DNA of 64,000 nucleotides from Lingula anatina (lineage: Eukaryota; Animalia; Brachiopoda): the NCBI GenBank assembly GCA_051362555.1, contig CM120647.1:4402001-4466000 (forward strand). Direction: 5' to 3'. The position numbers were made by a program, and so were the translations under genes. Shown piece after piece: positions 12,826 to 26,499 of this stretch. Each line of letters begins with the position of its first letter. Position 1 is the stretch's first letter. The notes beneath the pieces were generated by a model. The model searched no databases, was not told the DNA's origin, and saw nothing but the letters and a program-made list of their open reading frames with translations.

Positions 12826-15549
12826 AAAAAGATATATGCAGTTACAAAAGTTTTCCTGTAAAACTTATTAATATTTCATCTAATATTTTTCTAGGCTTGA
12901 AGAACATGAATGGGACCAGGACAAATTCTACTTCCGATTCCTTGGCCTGCAGTTTTTATGACAGAATCACCTATCATTTCCAAATACTGTGTGGCAGTGA
13001 GCACCATCACAACCTCTGACATTCTTTTAAGGACTGAAAAATAGTTTTGTGCTGTGCTAACTGTTGCTAATAATAATATTTATTGATCATCAGTATTGCT
13101 ACATTTGTCATATATTTTAGCAGTATATTTGAACCATGCACCATAGGTAAGGTATGCTAAGTTTAGCTTTTGCACACATGACATGCCTTGTAGACAGAAA
13201 TTTATACTTATAAAAATAAACTCAAATGCAATTATGGATTGGTACAGGACTGGCTGGATAAGTTTAAAAAAAAACTGCTGACCCAAGGTAAATTTATGAA
13301 ATAATATTATTATAAATATTTATCCTGTTTTTAAAAGGAGTGTTGTGTCCGTTGGTTAACTGTATGTACTTATTAAGAAGTGTAAAATAATCGCCATATT
13401 GATGTGTTGCTAAAATAAAAAAAAATTATATATATATTTAATATAAAATATATATATTTTTTTGCCACACATATACAATTTATATGTGTATTACATGTAT
13501 GAAAATAAATAAAGCAAATTAAATTGATGTCTCTTTTGTTTTGTTTTTTTCATTTTTTCATAAAAAGGAACTCTTATCGGTTGGCCTCATATAACAAATA
13601 AATGCTTATTTACAAAGAAAAAATGTGAAATGTTTATTTTCCTCAATTCTTCCTGTGCAAGCTTCATTTCATAATATAGACAATAATGAGCGATGGAAAA
13701 ACCAAAATGAGGTCATAATACCAACAGAATGTAACGAGGCTGGTAAACGGTTGTTGCAAGGAAGGCATTTTTTGCATACACGGGTGTGAATTGATTTGTG
13801 TCTTTCCTGGATGAAGGTAAAGTTCCTTATATGCTTTTATTTACAGAAAGCTGAATAAATTTGCCACAGTTTACTGACAATTTAAAATTGGAACCTGTTC
13901 TCTAATAATGCAAGCATTAGAGTCAAAGTTGAACTTCCGCTGTAGCTTTAATAAAATATTTGGTTTCAAACTCGCTTTTCTACACAAAATGGGGTTCAAA
14001 TCAACTCGAGGAGCATCTGACATGATTTGCAATTTACTTTAAAAGATGACAGTATACGTAACAAAACTTTTATACCCTTAATAGCCGAGATATTCCACCG
14101 TTTATGACACCCTATAAATCCCAAAAGAAAGTTCACCCAATTCAAGTTCTTGAACTTCTGGTTTGGTTAAAAACCGCCTAGCGGCAGACCGGTGGCTCCC
14201 AGGCTGATTGTCACACATTATAGTTATTGAATTTTGTCTTGAATGAAAAAATACCCCCAAATTATCGATTTGTGCTTAAACCTTTCATAACTTGGACCGA
14301 CATTTGATATACAGTGTACTGTAGCTACTATGGCATTCCTCAAGTTGGGTCTGCTGGGGGAGGGGGGGCATTTAAATGATAAACGAGGAAGTCCACCTGT
14401 AAAGCAGCAGCGGTTTAAATGATCGCTATCTCTGTTCCTTTTTCTTTGACAGCATCATAGAAAATGTTAAGGGAGAAAGTCACACATACCCCCGGCGTTG
14501 TTTTGTATTCAGCATTCCCTCTTTCTTGCTTACTGCAATAAGGTCGCGCGACAAGGTTATTTTCAGTTGCACTCTGGATTACACACGCTTGCTCCGCAAG
14601 GTGTGGCCTGTGGAGGGAGGAGGGGGGGGGGGGCAGCACAGCCCATGTGGTTACTGTGACGAAGGTGACAAGTACTTCCAAACATTTTTCATAACTGTCA
14701 TTATTCCTCATACTATTCACAAATTTGATATTTACGGCGATGGAGAATGTGGCACTGGCAAAAGTGGGTCTAGGTGCGTTGACGGGCCGCATAGGTGTCC
14801 CCAACATTAACCGCTGCCAGAGAATCCCGAAGCATTAAACTACACAACCTGTAGATATTGGAAATTTGACCATGGTTAAGCAACTGAGGCTTTATTAGAT
14901 TTGGGCAGAAATAGAGAGGAATGTCCAGGTATGATCTGTTTTCTACCGGCGTTTTTGTGATTTTATCAACGTGATTGTCAAGTGCCAGACCTTTTGCTTC
15001 TGGGTACAAGTAGCAAATTTTATCAGATAACAATCTGACACTAACCATGCTGTACTAACAGCGCTGTAAACCAAGCTATCAATGCTGTCCCTTACGGAAA
15101 TTTCCTATAGGATCCTATAGTATTTTATAGGATCCTATAAGGCACCTTTCCTATAGGATTTCCTATAGGATCCTATATTTTATAGGATTCTATGGGGCAC
15201 CTTTCCTTTAGGATTTCCTATAGGATCCTATAGGAAATTGTTGTAAGTTAAAATCTTGAGAAAAATACATATCTTATAAACAAATATAATTCTAAACAAT
15301 ATATATTTGATATAGGTCAATTTTATCAGTTGAATTGTCAATTATATATCACTATTAAAGCAAAAATGCTTTTTATTGTTTGTAATGCACAATCTTATAG
15401 TATTCTATAGGATTTTATAGAAATTCTTTAATTTCTATTTTAAAGAAATCTTTAAAAATTGATCATTTGTAAAGTGATCTTTTATGGAGAAATATTTTAT
15501 CATTATTAATGTTTTTGTACCAAATCATTGAATCTGAAATTATTTTTTT

Positions 15550-16240
15550 TTAATTATGTTCAGACCATTACAAAAATTCCTATAGGATCCTATAGGAAAT
15601 CTTATAGGAATTTCTATAGGAATTTCTATAGGAACCTATAGGAAATCCTATCCTAATTCATATAGGCCGGGTTGAATGAAAAATAATGAATCTGGTCTAA
15701 ATATCAGTATATAATTTTAATTTTTAATTTATGTTCAGACCATTACAAAAATTCCTATAATACCCTATAGGAAATCTTATAGAAATTTCCATAGGAACCT
15801 AAAGGAAATCCTATGCTAATTCATATAAGGAATTTTTATAAGGCCAGGTTGAATGAAAAATAATGAATCTGGTTTAAATATCAGTATATAATTTTGATTT
15901 TTAATTAATGTTCAGAGCATTACAAAAATCCCTATAGGATCCTATAGGAAATCTTATAGGAATTTCTGTAGGAACCTATTGGGAACCCTATGCTAATTCA
16001 TATAGGGGATTTTTATAAGGCCGGTTATATTAAAAATAATGAATTTGGTCTAAATATCAGTATATAATTTCAATTTTTAATATAGTTTCAGACCATTACA
16101 AAAATTCCTACAGGATCCTATAAGAAATCTTAAAGGAATTTCTTTAGGAACCTATAGGAAATCCCATGCTAATTCATATAGTGATTTTTTATAAAGCCGG
16201 GTTGAATGAAAAATAATGAAACTGGTCTTAATATTAGTAT
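15550..16240. repeat. ~176-bp tandem repeat (about 4 units) rich in cctatagga motifs, inside the EnSpm element
   Basis: tcagaccattacaaaaattcc-like motif recurs at ~15560, 15735, 15913 and 16088. Confidence 0.9.
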
Positions 16241-16657
16241 ATAATGTATTTTTACTTTTTGTGTGATCATATTCACTTACTTCATATTTCTTCTATTATA
16301 TTGAAAGTCCACCTTATCTATAATCAGATTTTACTTGACCTTGGCTGTTTTAAAAAGTGAAAGTGCAATCCTGCCTTAAATATATAATGTAAAAGTATAA
16401 GTGAACATTATGGGCATAGTACTGTCCCTCATAAAGGATGGGAAACGAGGACAAATTTATATGTTTATAAAGATACAGTATATTATAAACCATGATCAAT
16501 CACGTTTAAGGTTTAACAGTCAACTGATGTTAGCTAGAGAATGCCCTACTCCACCAGCCATAACCACAGGTTCAACAACTGTGAATTTCTTTTGTTAGCC
16601 TGGCACCTATTATTAGGTCACTACTCCTGTAGCTATTGTTACACTAGTAAGAGTAAT

Positions 16658-16867
16658 ACCCCCTTTACACTGGACGGCGTCCTTTCTGCGACCATGACAT
16701 TTGGCATCGCTGTGGTCTTAATAAGGAGGCAGGAGCATTGGTTTTGTATCAGAATGACTGCTCAATGATCGGCCAGTTGTCGGCACGTAAAGTATTATAA
16801 ATTTTTAAATCTCAAATGGGGCCGTACTGCTGGATGCAGAAAGGACGCCGTCCAGTGTAAAGGGGGC
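16658..16867. mobile_element. Harbinger-like MITE, family H2
   Basis: Long TIR ccccctttacactggacggcgtcctttctgc / gcagaaaggacgccgtccagtgtaaaggggg; copies at 35030, 50510 and 50735. Confidence 0.8.
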
Positions 16868-17266
16868 TTTACCGCCTATTAGGTGTTATCAGATGTGTGA
16901 TATCCTGTCTAAGTCTTTGTTTATATGAGACAAGCAGCAAATGAGTATACAGCTATCAAGACAGTTTAAATTCAGGAGCATAGTGGAAGGATACAGAGTG
17001 TAGAAAAATCGGAGTGAGGAAGGTATGTATTACAGTAATGCATTGGCTCATTTGGGAATCTAATCAAATTGAAAATGGGATAATTATTTGATCTAATTTG
17101 TAACGTACATTGTAAACATCATATCTTTATTACATTAAACAAGTATAATTTATAATGAAGAAACAAGGATACATAATGCAATCATTGTTAAGTCTCTTTA
17201 TTTCTTATAAAACTGTGATCAATTGCTCATATTTCTGTAAATGCAGTTGAATCGTAAAAACAAAAA

Positions 17267-17297
<31 letters not shown>

Positions 17298-19561
17298 TTT
17301 TCATTTCATTTAACTTTTGGTGTTTGATTTATCAAAAATTATCTATTTAATTTTATCCACAACTGCCTCCAAGGGACCATCATGATATATAACTGAGAAA
17401 GACCCATGCTAATAAATAACATACAATTAACATGTTAGAGGGGCTGTCAGGGCAAATTTCATTACCTCGCATGTTCTTCAGGATCGTTTATTTGCCAAGT
17501 TTACTTTCACTTTAATTTCCTCAACCCTTAATATGAGGTAAACACCATAGTTTGTTTAAAAATAATTTTTGCTAACCTATACATAGTGGAAACTAGAGGA
17601 TCAGAGAGGCGATACCGCCTCCGAATATTGTACCACCAGCTGGAGTAAGCGCATTTGTAAAGACCCCCAGATACACAAAATAAGGGACTCAGCCACCAGT
17701 CTTGTGCTTGACAAGCTGTAAAAATGCAATCAACAAGAATTTTCAAAATATGCAAAAAATATATATAACTAAAAATGGTACAATCAAAGTTAAGTTCATT
17801 GTAAGGTAGGTCAAAGGTCAATTTCAAGGTCACAGTAAATTGCCAGTATATGACTACCTATTCAACTTCAAAAATAACTATGGACCTATCTCTGACAGGT
17901 TTGGAGTTAAAAGAGAAAGAAATTAGCAGAGTTCAGTTAATGATAATAGTAGGTCAAAGGTCAATTTCAAGGTCACAATAAGATTGCCAGTATATGACTT
18001 CCCATTCCAGTTCAAAAGTAACTATGGACCTATCTCTGCCAGTTTTGGAGATAAAAGGGAAGCAAAAGTTGCAAAGTTCAATTCATGATAAAAAGTAGGC
18101 CAAATGTCATTTTTTGGGTCACAGCAAGATTGCCAGTATATGACATCCTTTCAACTTCAATTAGAATAGTAAACTGAGCGAAAAAAAATGGCCTCACCCA
18201 GGACTTATTGCAAAAAAAAAGTTTTTTTTTTGCTGGAATAAATGGGGTGAAGACCTTGAAATATATCCAGTCTTAGAGACAAAGACCTTTTTTGTTTAAA
18301 AGAAAAGCTTATTTGATAAGAAGAATTCACCAAAGGTCATTGGCTTAGGGTCAAATGTCAGGCAAAGGTCATTTGTATAGATTTTTACCTGAAATATTGC
18401 CTAAAAGTTTGCAATAAATGTTTTTAAAGATTGTTTATTGAAACTTTTGGTGTTTATTACAATTATTACATCACTCACAACAAATTTATGAAGTTTGGCT
18501 GCAAAATATGTATTTTTAGGAGAAATAAAAACAAATTGTGAAAAAACAGATGAATAAAAAGTATGTATAAATGTGTAGGGAAGGTATTAAAAGTTGACTT
18601 CTCTTTAATCTGGGGACAAATATTTCTATGTAAATGTCATATAATATATAGAAAACATTTGTTTTTTACATTTTCTTATTACAACCATCTATGTTCAGGC
18701 TCAATTCCTTTTTTCCAATATGGCCGCCAGCAAGGGTGTTCATAAGGTTTTATAAGAAATAATTTTTGAACGTTTTTTTTTTTCAGTAGGGACTTATTTC
18801 AAAAAAATGTGAAGAGGTATTTCAGAAAGCCTCATATCCAAATTTAAACATGACAAAAATCTAGAAAAATCAAAGTAGTGGAAAAAGGTTTTTAAGGAAC
18901 CTTTTCAAGATTGTGTTGTTTAATTTACATAGCATTGTGCTAGAAATAAATGGAGGTAAAACCTTAAAATATACACAAAGTTAAAGAAAAGGACCTATTC
19001 ACTGGAAAAAAAAGCTTATTTAATAGGATTTACTGACTAAAGGTCACTGGCTAGAGTCAAAGTTCAGGCAAAGACCATTTGTACAGATTTTCCCTAAAGT
19101 GTTGCCTAAAATTGCAAATTGTGTTTTTGCAGATAGGCAATTGAATTTGTTTGGGTGTTAAATATAATCATTATTTCATGAGGTTTGGCTTCAAATATGG
19201 CTCTTTAGGAGAAATGTGAGTCTAAGTGTGAAAAATCAGACAAATAAGGATTCCGACAGGATAGGACTTCTTTTCATTCTGGGAACAAATGTTTCTTTGC
19301 TAAACTCATAAATAAACGGTATATGATATATGAAAAACACTTTTTTGTTTGCTTTTTTTTTAATTATTTATTATACCCATCTATGTACCTGTTTCCAATA
19401 TGACTGTCAGCAAGATAATTCATAAGGCTGTCTTCAGTAAATATTCCACTCAAGATTGTGTCTCTACCCCCTTTTTTTAATTATATTGATGCATAAGTAA
19501 TGGAGGTAAAAAGTTGTACAGTTAACAGTGGCACCAAACACAATATAAGTATTTTTTCTTT

Positions 19562-19786
19562 CAGTGCATTCCCATATATATTTTAGATCAATCTATCCCC
19601 GTGGGGAGTCTCATTAGATTGTTGTCATCCTGACCGGCTTAATGTCTGTCCTGCCTACTAAAAGCTGTTAGGGGGTAATTCACTTTTCTGCGTGCTCGGC
19701 TCTCGGAACCTGACAGTAATTTAGCGTGAACCTCCAAGGAGTTACGTCAATCCAGATAGATTGATCTAATCTATGGGAACTCAGTC
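19562..19786. mobile_element. Harbinger-type MITE H1, at the same position within Academ as the 4545 copy
   Basis: Reverse complement of 4545-4771 with matching flanks. Confidence 0.8.
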
Positions 19787-19799
19787 TAAGACAGACTGA

Positions 19800-21230
19800 A
19801 ATTTTGCATCCAAATGTACTGCTGGTCTGTCCAAATAGGTTTGGGTGTCAAACAGCATAAACTTTTTGGAAACAGATTCCTAATTGCATGGATTCTGTTG
19901 CTCGTACTCCTAATAGTAAGATATGAGAGGGGCTCCAGGGCCACACAAGGGACAGAATCCTGGAGTATTTGTTGTCACATTCACCAACATGGAAAACCCC
20001 AAATATCTAGGAATCGGATCCTATCAGAAACCATTTTTTTGAATCTGTCCTTACCTGCTTTCCAGCCACAGCCCAAACTACTATGGAATGGTTACATGGT
20101 CAAATGGTGACTAGAGGGAATCACCCAGCAAAAGCATCTGTTATGCCTCTTTCTCTGATAGATATAGATCTACAGAAAGAACTGCCATGCATCTACCCCA
20201 CAAATTTAATTTATTCACACGTTTAACAGTTCAGAGCAACCCCCAATAATTACCTTTAATCAACCACTGTGGTGGAAAGACCAGACTACTGTTATAAGTG
20301 AACAAGAATCCGATATACTACCATCTCCAGTTGCAGGGCTTGTTGGCTTCCATGAATAAATGAGATGAGCTACCTTTAGTGCATGTGTCAACTCATGACA
20401 GGGTCAAGACTTTGAGAACTTCTTGAAACTATATTTGCTGCCAATACAGTAAGCCACATGATTCCCAGGGAATGCTCCGGCTAGGGCAATGAGGGCCCAG
20501 CTATTACTTGATCTATCCCTCATTGCACTTCTCATCTTCAAGCTTTTGAGGGATAATGTGCCAGCCACTGTTGCTCAAAACAAGAAGCACAGCACAGTGA
20601 AACACAGTGCACAGATGTCATTGAAGGTACATGCATGCATTATCTGTGTGGTTTCCAAATGATGGAAACAGAGCCGACATCCAGATCTCCATTCTTTGGG
20701 CCATGGTAACATCAGATGTGGGACAGATTGAATTTTTGACAAAGATAGAGCAGCAACTGTCTGTTGAGAAAACCACAAGTCAAAGACTTGCAAGGTTCAG
20801 GGTACAATGTATGAACATTTCCTCTTTGCTAGAACAGACAATATATTCAGATGGGCTTGAAAGTGAAGGTGAGGTCCAGTACATTTTAGATGGTGTGGTA
20901 CTTCTTCATCACACACCTTGGACTGTTGGAATGTGTTGCATACCAAGGAGATATAGGAGAGCTATAGTGTAGCATTATAAAGGGATCAACTTTGATGTCC
21001 CCTCTACTAAGCTAAGGTTCTGCACTCCTAGTTTGATCCAATTAACAGTATGAGCACAGCAATCGTCTTCACAGATGAGACGAAGCTGCAGAGTGGAAAA
21101 TAAAAAAAAAAAAAAAATTACCAACAAAGAAAACAAACAAGTTCACTTATTTCCTTGGTGAGAAGTTGAAAGGTGTTGGAGTTAAAATAATCCAAGTTCC
21201 AGGTGATGCAGACCTCCATATTTCATGTAA
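19800..21230 (+). pseudogene. Decayed Academ transposase/XPG-like nuclease
   Basis: ORF fragments 19814-20110 and 20631-20972 (EVQYILDGVVLLHHTPW), then FDVPSTK and QVPGDADLHI; many disablements. Confidence 0.7.
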
Positions 21231-22282
21231 ATAAAAAAAGTTTATCTGAAGCGCACATATGATCATAATCTTCTGAGCCTTGTCCCAAAGCCATAATTTC
21301 CCGCAATGTCATTTTCTTGTTTTTGGAGTGAAACCTAGGTCATCCCTGGTGAAGACAGTTAGGTACTAATTGACTGGTCAGTTATTTTTAACTAAGATTT
21401 AAATGGAATAAGACATTAAACTAGGTGTAGGGACAGTACGGCAATACTTTTTAAGTAGGAAATAATGTCGTTTACCTCAGGCGAGTTTATTTTGGTACAC
21501 GAATTGGATAAAGAGCTCCTTTAAAATCATTTAATTTAAGTCTTTATGTCCTGGCCAATCTAGTACTACAACAGAAAGTGGTAAAAGACCATAAATGTAC
21601 TTTTGAGCTTATTTTTTAATCATTTTTTTACTTCAAATTTGGTAATTTGTAGCCGCCATTTTAGTTTTGGTGGCCATTTTGTATTTTGTTGAGGCTATCT
21701 GCCTTTGATTTATTTGGAGAGAAGTGGCACAACATCCCTTTATGCATTTTGTACCACTTTTACAAGCTTTTGTTGAAACCACCTGGAGCAAATTTGCACC
21801 TACTAACTGTAGATCTCTGTGCTGGCGGCCATTTTTGATTTTCCCGAAAAAATACCTTTTCCACTACTTGGATTTTTCTAGATTTTTAATATGATCATAT
21901 GGACCACTCAAAGACTCAAAAAAACCATACTACAATTTTTTTGCAATTAGTCCCGAGTTAAACCATTTTTTCTTAGACTAAATAGTAACTATGGACCTCT
22001 TTTTGTCAGTTTTTGAGATAAAAGGGAAGAAAAATTTGCAAATTTCAGTTCATGGTGAAAAGTAGGTCAAAGGTCAATTTTAAGGGCACAGTAAATTGCC
22101 AGTATATGACTTCCTATTCAACTTCAATAGTAACTATGGACCTATCTCTGCCAGGTTTGGAGATAAAAGGGAAGCAAAATTTGCTTAGTTCAGTTCATGG
22201 TGAAAAGTAGGGCAAAGGTCAATTTTAAGGTCACATTTAGATTGCCAGTATATGACTTCCTATTCAAGTTTAATAGTAACTA

Positions 22283-23817
22283 ATTATCTTTTAATATTTT
22301 AATATTTAATAATTAATTTTTCTATGGCGCATTCCATTAAAAATCTCAATGCGCCTTACAACATTCACTTAATTAAAAAAGCTAAATAACACAAAACTAG
22401 TATAAGAACCCATTACAATGTTAAAGGACTAAGAACTAATATAAAGAACCAATTATTTCATATTCTAAAATGATAAGAAACTAAAGTGACAACATTTAAA
22501 ATCAATCATTAAATTACAGTTCACCTTATTAAAAACTAAAATTAACTATATGATAGTTACTGATAGGCTGTTCTAAAAATATGAGTCTTCAAAAGCTTTT
22601 TAAAAGTATCTATGTCACCTGCCGCTCGTATTTCAGAGGGTAAGGTGTTCCAAACTTTGGGTGCATATATCATAAATGCCCTTTCACCGTAAAATTTACC
22701 AGCTTTTTTCTCTAAGACACTGTGTTCTAAAAGTAAATGACTAAAAGTTGAAGACCCGGTAACTCTTCCGTGCTGATGTTGCTTCATAAGTTCTGAGATA
22801 TAATGTGGTTTATTCTCAATGACTGCTTTAAAAATGACACATAAAATTTTAAATAGAACGGACCAGAACGGTAATGCACTCTTTGATAATATGTGTTGGC
22901 ACAGGATCTAAGGCAGAAGATTTAGAATTCATGCTTTTCATTAATGCTAAAACATCATCTTCTGATACAGGTGAAAATTTGCAAGTGTGGTTGTCCATGT
23001 GTATATTGAAGTCTCCAGCTATTATTAAGTGACCTGGTGAGAAAAGTGTATATTCCAGTAGCCTAGATAATTCTTCTAGAAAGTCGAGGATGGTGTATTT
23101 ATGTTTCTTAGAGTAAGGTGGGCGATGTATTAGAATCAAATGCAATGTATCTTTCCGAGTTGTAATATTTACATCAAGGGATTCAAAAGACTTGAATCCC
23201 AGGCACTTGTTTTTGACTACTTTCAAGTTGGATCGCGCCAAAATAGCAATACCACCACCCTTCCGATGATTCCTGGGTGAGTGTTGAATACTATAGCCAT
23301 TTAAAGAGGAATTTAAGTCTGCATCAAAAAAGTTGCAATTTCTATCATTGATCCATGTTTCTGTTATCATGAAAATGTCGGTCTTGCGTTGTTCTACAGA
23401 ATCATATAGGTGGGGCACTTTGTCAAGCACATTTTGAGCTCTCACTTTTTTAGAAGTTGTCACTGCAGTCCGGAACATATTTATGATGACGGGTATCTGA
23501 GTACTGCTGGATGGTACTAGGCTATGAGTTCCAATCAGATGAATAAGGTTTTTATTGTTGACTGTGTCTCTGTGGGGGACATTTGGTTGCATTTTGCCTG
23601 GAGTGCTGGGCTGCATAATTACCTTGATATACCTTTGTTTGTTTCTACCTCCTCTGCAGCCCCTGTGAGTTGGTCTAAAAGGGCTTACACCAATTTTATT
23701 TATTAACTGGAAGATGTCCGTAGGCAAGAAGGTACTGGTTGTCATTTTCTTTCCAATATCAAACAGTCTTTCTATTGAATATCTCATGCTGGCTATTGAG
23801 TTGATGTCAATGTAGTG
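22283..23817 (-). mobile_element. Internally deleted L2/CR1-group LINE
   Basis: TSD aacta (22278-82, 23818-22). ORF 22849-23787 has an RGCRGGR N-terminus and APE motifs ITETW, GGGIA, IIAGDFNIH, then jumps to KSSALDPVPT. C-terminus YGERAF..APKVWNTLP..TFKKLLKTH. 3' end gtaaggcgcattgag...tgcgccatag stem-loop plus AT-rich tail. Confidence 0.85.
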
Positions 23818-26499
23818 AACTATGGACCTTTCTCTGCCAGATTTGGAGATAAAAGGGAAGCAAAATTTGCAAAGTTCAGTTCATGGTGAAAAGTAGGTCA
23901 AAGGTCAATTTAAGGTCACAGTAAGATTGCCAATATTTGATTTCCTATTCAACTTCAATAGTAACTATGGACCTATCTCTGCCAGTTTTGGGTATATAAG
24001 GGACTAAATGTTATAATTTGGAAGTTACCATAATGTGCCATAAATTTCCTACAGAAAAAATTAATTAAAATAAAGAAAAGGTCATTTTGGTCAAAATTCT
24101 TGAAATTGGAGGTGGTCTGAAGTTCCAGATGTTCAAATTTGATGAAATAATGCCATTTTGACCACAAGTTGTCTGCTTTGCCAAGATTTATGTTTTATTT
24201 TTCCGGAGTTCAAAATGTAATATCCATTACCGTACTGCGCATTTTGCTTTCACCACCAATATGTACTTTTTGATACAGCTTAACTCGAAAACCGTACGAA
24301 TACAAAAAAAAAAAAAAAAAAAAAAAACGGAGTCCACTTTCAGTGTTGGGCTTCACATGCTCTACAAAATGCAAAAAAGAATGGGTCTCTAGCATTAACG
24401 GTTCCCGAATTAGAGACAGTTTTCAGTTTCGGTATCTTATGGCCGCTAGTCCCGTGAAAATGCACCGATAGACTCCAAATTCACGGAGATCAAAGATGAC
24501 CTGAAGGGTAACACTTTCCAATAATATTATATATTAAGTCTGTGTGGTGTCTGAATAGCTGGGCAAATATTTTTTTTACTTAAAAAAATTAATTTTTTTG
24601 AAAATTTAGGCCCGTTGGGCCTTGAAATAAAGGTCAAAGGTCAATCCAAGGGCATATTTGAAATCTACACATATGACTTTTGGAAAGCCGTCTGTAGAAA
24701 TTTTTCCCACAATTCCTTCCGTAGGGTAGATAATTAACATTTAATTTTGCCATTTTTAGACAAGGGTGCATTGCAATGAGTGCTACACCTAGACCCCAAT
24801 ACCGACAAAGCCCAAATTTTACGTGGAACGAGTTGAGATTATAGGTGACCTAAATCCGAGAGATGGGTACGGGGGCCCTTACCGTCTAGGAGGAGAAGCA
24901 GTAACGGTAACATGGCGGCGGAGCCGGCGGAGCCGGCGGAACAGACCGGACGGGACTAAAACCATGTATACCGCCAGCGCTAACGCTGGTGGTACAATGA
25001 AATGTGCATTGTGATAATCTGATCATTTTGCTTACACAAAAGCTAAAAATTTTAACTTGTGGGTTGCTTTTTTTGTGGTTTGGACTGATAATTTAGGCCA
25101 AGCAAAGACTGGTGAGAATAGGGAATTACTGTTTACCCTCGGAAATGAGTTTTTAATGAGTTTTTGGGACTGTTTTTAGCCCTGGCAGCTCTGTAATGGC
25201 CCAATTGCATATTTAATCAGAGTGGAGTTTTCTCCACTGCCGATTTCTGTATTTTAAATTTTGTTTCTGTGGGCTTGGTCCTATGAAATATGTTTTTTTT
25301 TACAAATTATCCAGCTTTAATACCTTGTCTTTGAAAAAATTCAGTTAACTAATAAAGGCTATGAATTGCTCAAAATAAAATTGGTGCAATGATTATTATT
25401 GATCTCATTAGAAAAATTTTCATTCATCTTTTTGCATTTTTGTAGACATGTACAATTAATTGAAATTCACAATGTCTTTCTTTCAGAATACGTCTGCAAA
25501 TGGTTCAACACAACTCAGATGGAGGTTAAGAAGGCTATCACAGTAAAGTTGAACAATGTGCAAAAGACTTTTGTCTGAAATTCTTCAATTTTTAAGTGAC
25601 TAAAGCAGTATGCTGACAATGGACACGGTCTAGCCAAGGGAGGTTTTAGCCACTCATTCTGGCAAGAGTTCGAACTCACACAAGAAAAAGCTTTACAAGA
25701 CATATTGGATACTTGTGATAACTTATAGAACTTATAATTAAAAAGCAGTAGCAACACCATTACATTTGCAAAAAATTATGAAACAATTCTCTAGTAAGCT
25801 GGTTGCATACCATACTGTGGAATATGTACATACATTTATATATATTTAATAAAGAATGTAAACATGATATTCTCTTTTGTTTTGAGGGACCAGTGCCTAT
25901 TACCAATTTTGCCAAAGATCCAGCAATATGTAAAAAGCTGTAAAAATATTCAAAGCAGTTAATATGAATTTCTATAGGTTCCTATAGGATTTCCTATAGG
26001 ATCCTCATAGGATCATGTAGGAAATCTTATAGGAAATCCTATAGGAAATTTTCGTGAGGGGTTATCTTTACCTGTATCTATACCGGTATTATACTAGTGG
26101 TACGTCCGACATATATCAGTAAGGAAATATACTGTGATGATTATATTTATTTGTAATACGTGAGCATCAACCTGTTCATAAAAAGTTGGAGCTTTTCAGT
26201 ATTATTACACAATAACAGTATATTGACATCAAGGGAGCTGTTATGATTAAATACTTAGACGAAATAATAAAAACAGATTACGTAAAATAAAAAATGAATT
26301 AATTTTATTTGAGTTATTTTTTTTTCAAACCAATTAATTATCAAACATTGATATTATTTTCCAGAAACATCAACATATATATTACTGCATTATAAATCTG
26401 CTGGTACACAGATCTACAGTTCTAAAATGCAAATACCATTTACCTTTCACACACAAATGATGAGATGTAAATAATCATATGTATAAAGTAGTAAAATAT

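Larger units (their letters stand above)
18162..21980 (+). mobile_element. Academ DNA transposon, copy 2
   Basis: TAG...CTA termini; 3-bp TSD AAT (18159-61, 21981-83) in a satellite unit whose empty form is ttcaatagtaac; XPG-like motifs YILDGVVLLHHTPW and PGDADLHI. Confidence 0.85.
17790..23990. repeat. ~144-bp tandem repeat (ggtcaaaggtcaatt...ttcaatagtaactatggacc), interrupted by Academ and L2 insertions
   Basis: Unit recurs at ~17808, 17952, 18098, 22065, 22209 and 23895. Confidence 0.85.
17593..24998 (-). mobile_element. Non-autonomous Helentron/Helitron2 (HINE-like) with internal satellite
   Basis: Subterminal inverted repeat attgtaccaccagc (~17626) / gctggtggtacaat (~24985); minus-strand 3' end has the gaggcg-atac-cgcctc hairpin then CTAG|TT at 17593; palindrome accgccagcg-ctaa-cgctggtggt and gacggacgg microsatellite at the other end. 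Confidence 0.75.
15089..26060. mobile_element. Non-autonomous EnSpm/CMC-type DNA transposon
   Basis: CCC...GGG termini; TIR cccttacggaaatttcctataggat / ccctcacgaaaatttcctataggat; 2-bp TSD GT (15087-88, 26061-62); palindromic cctatagg subterminal repeats at both ends. Confidence 0.85.
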
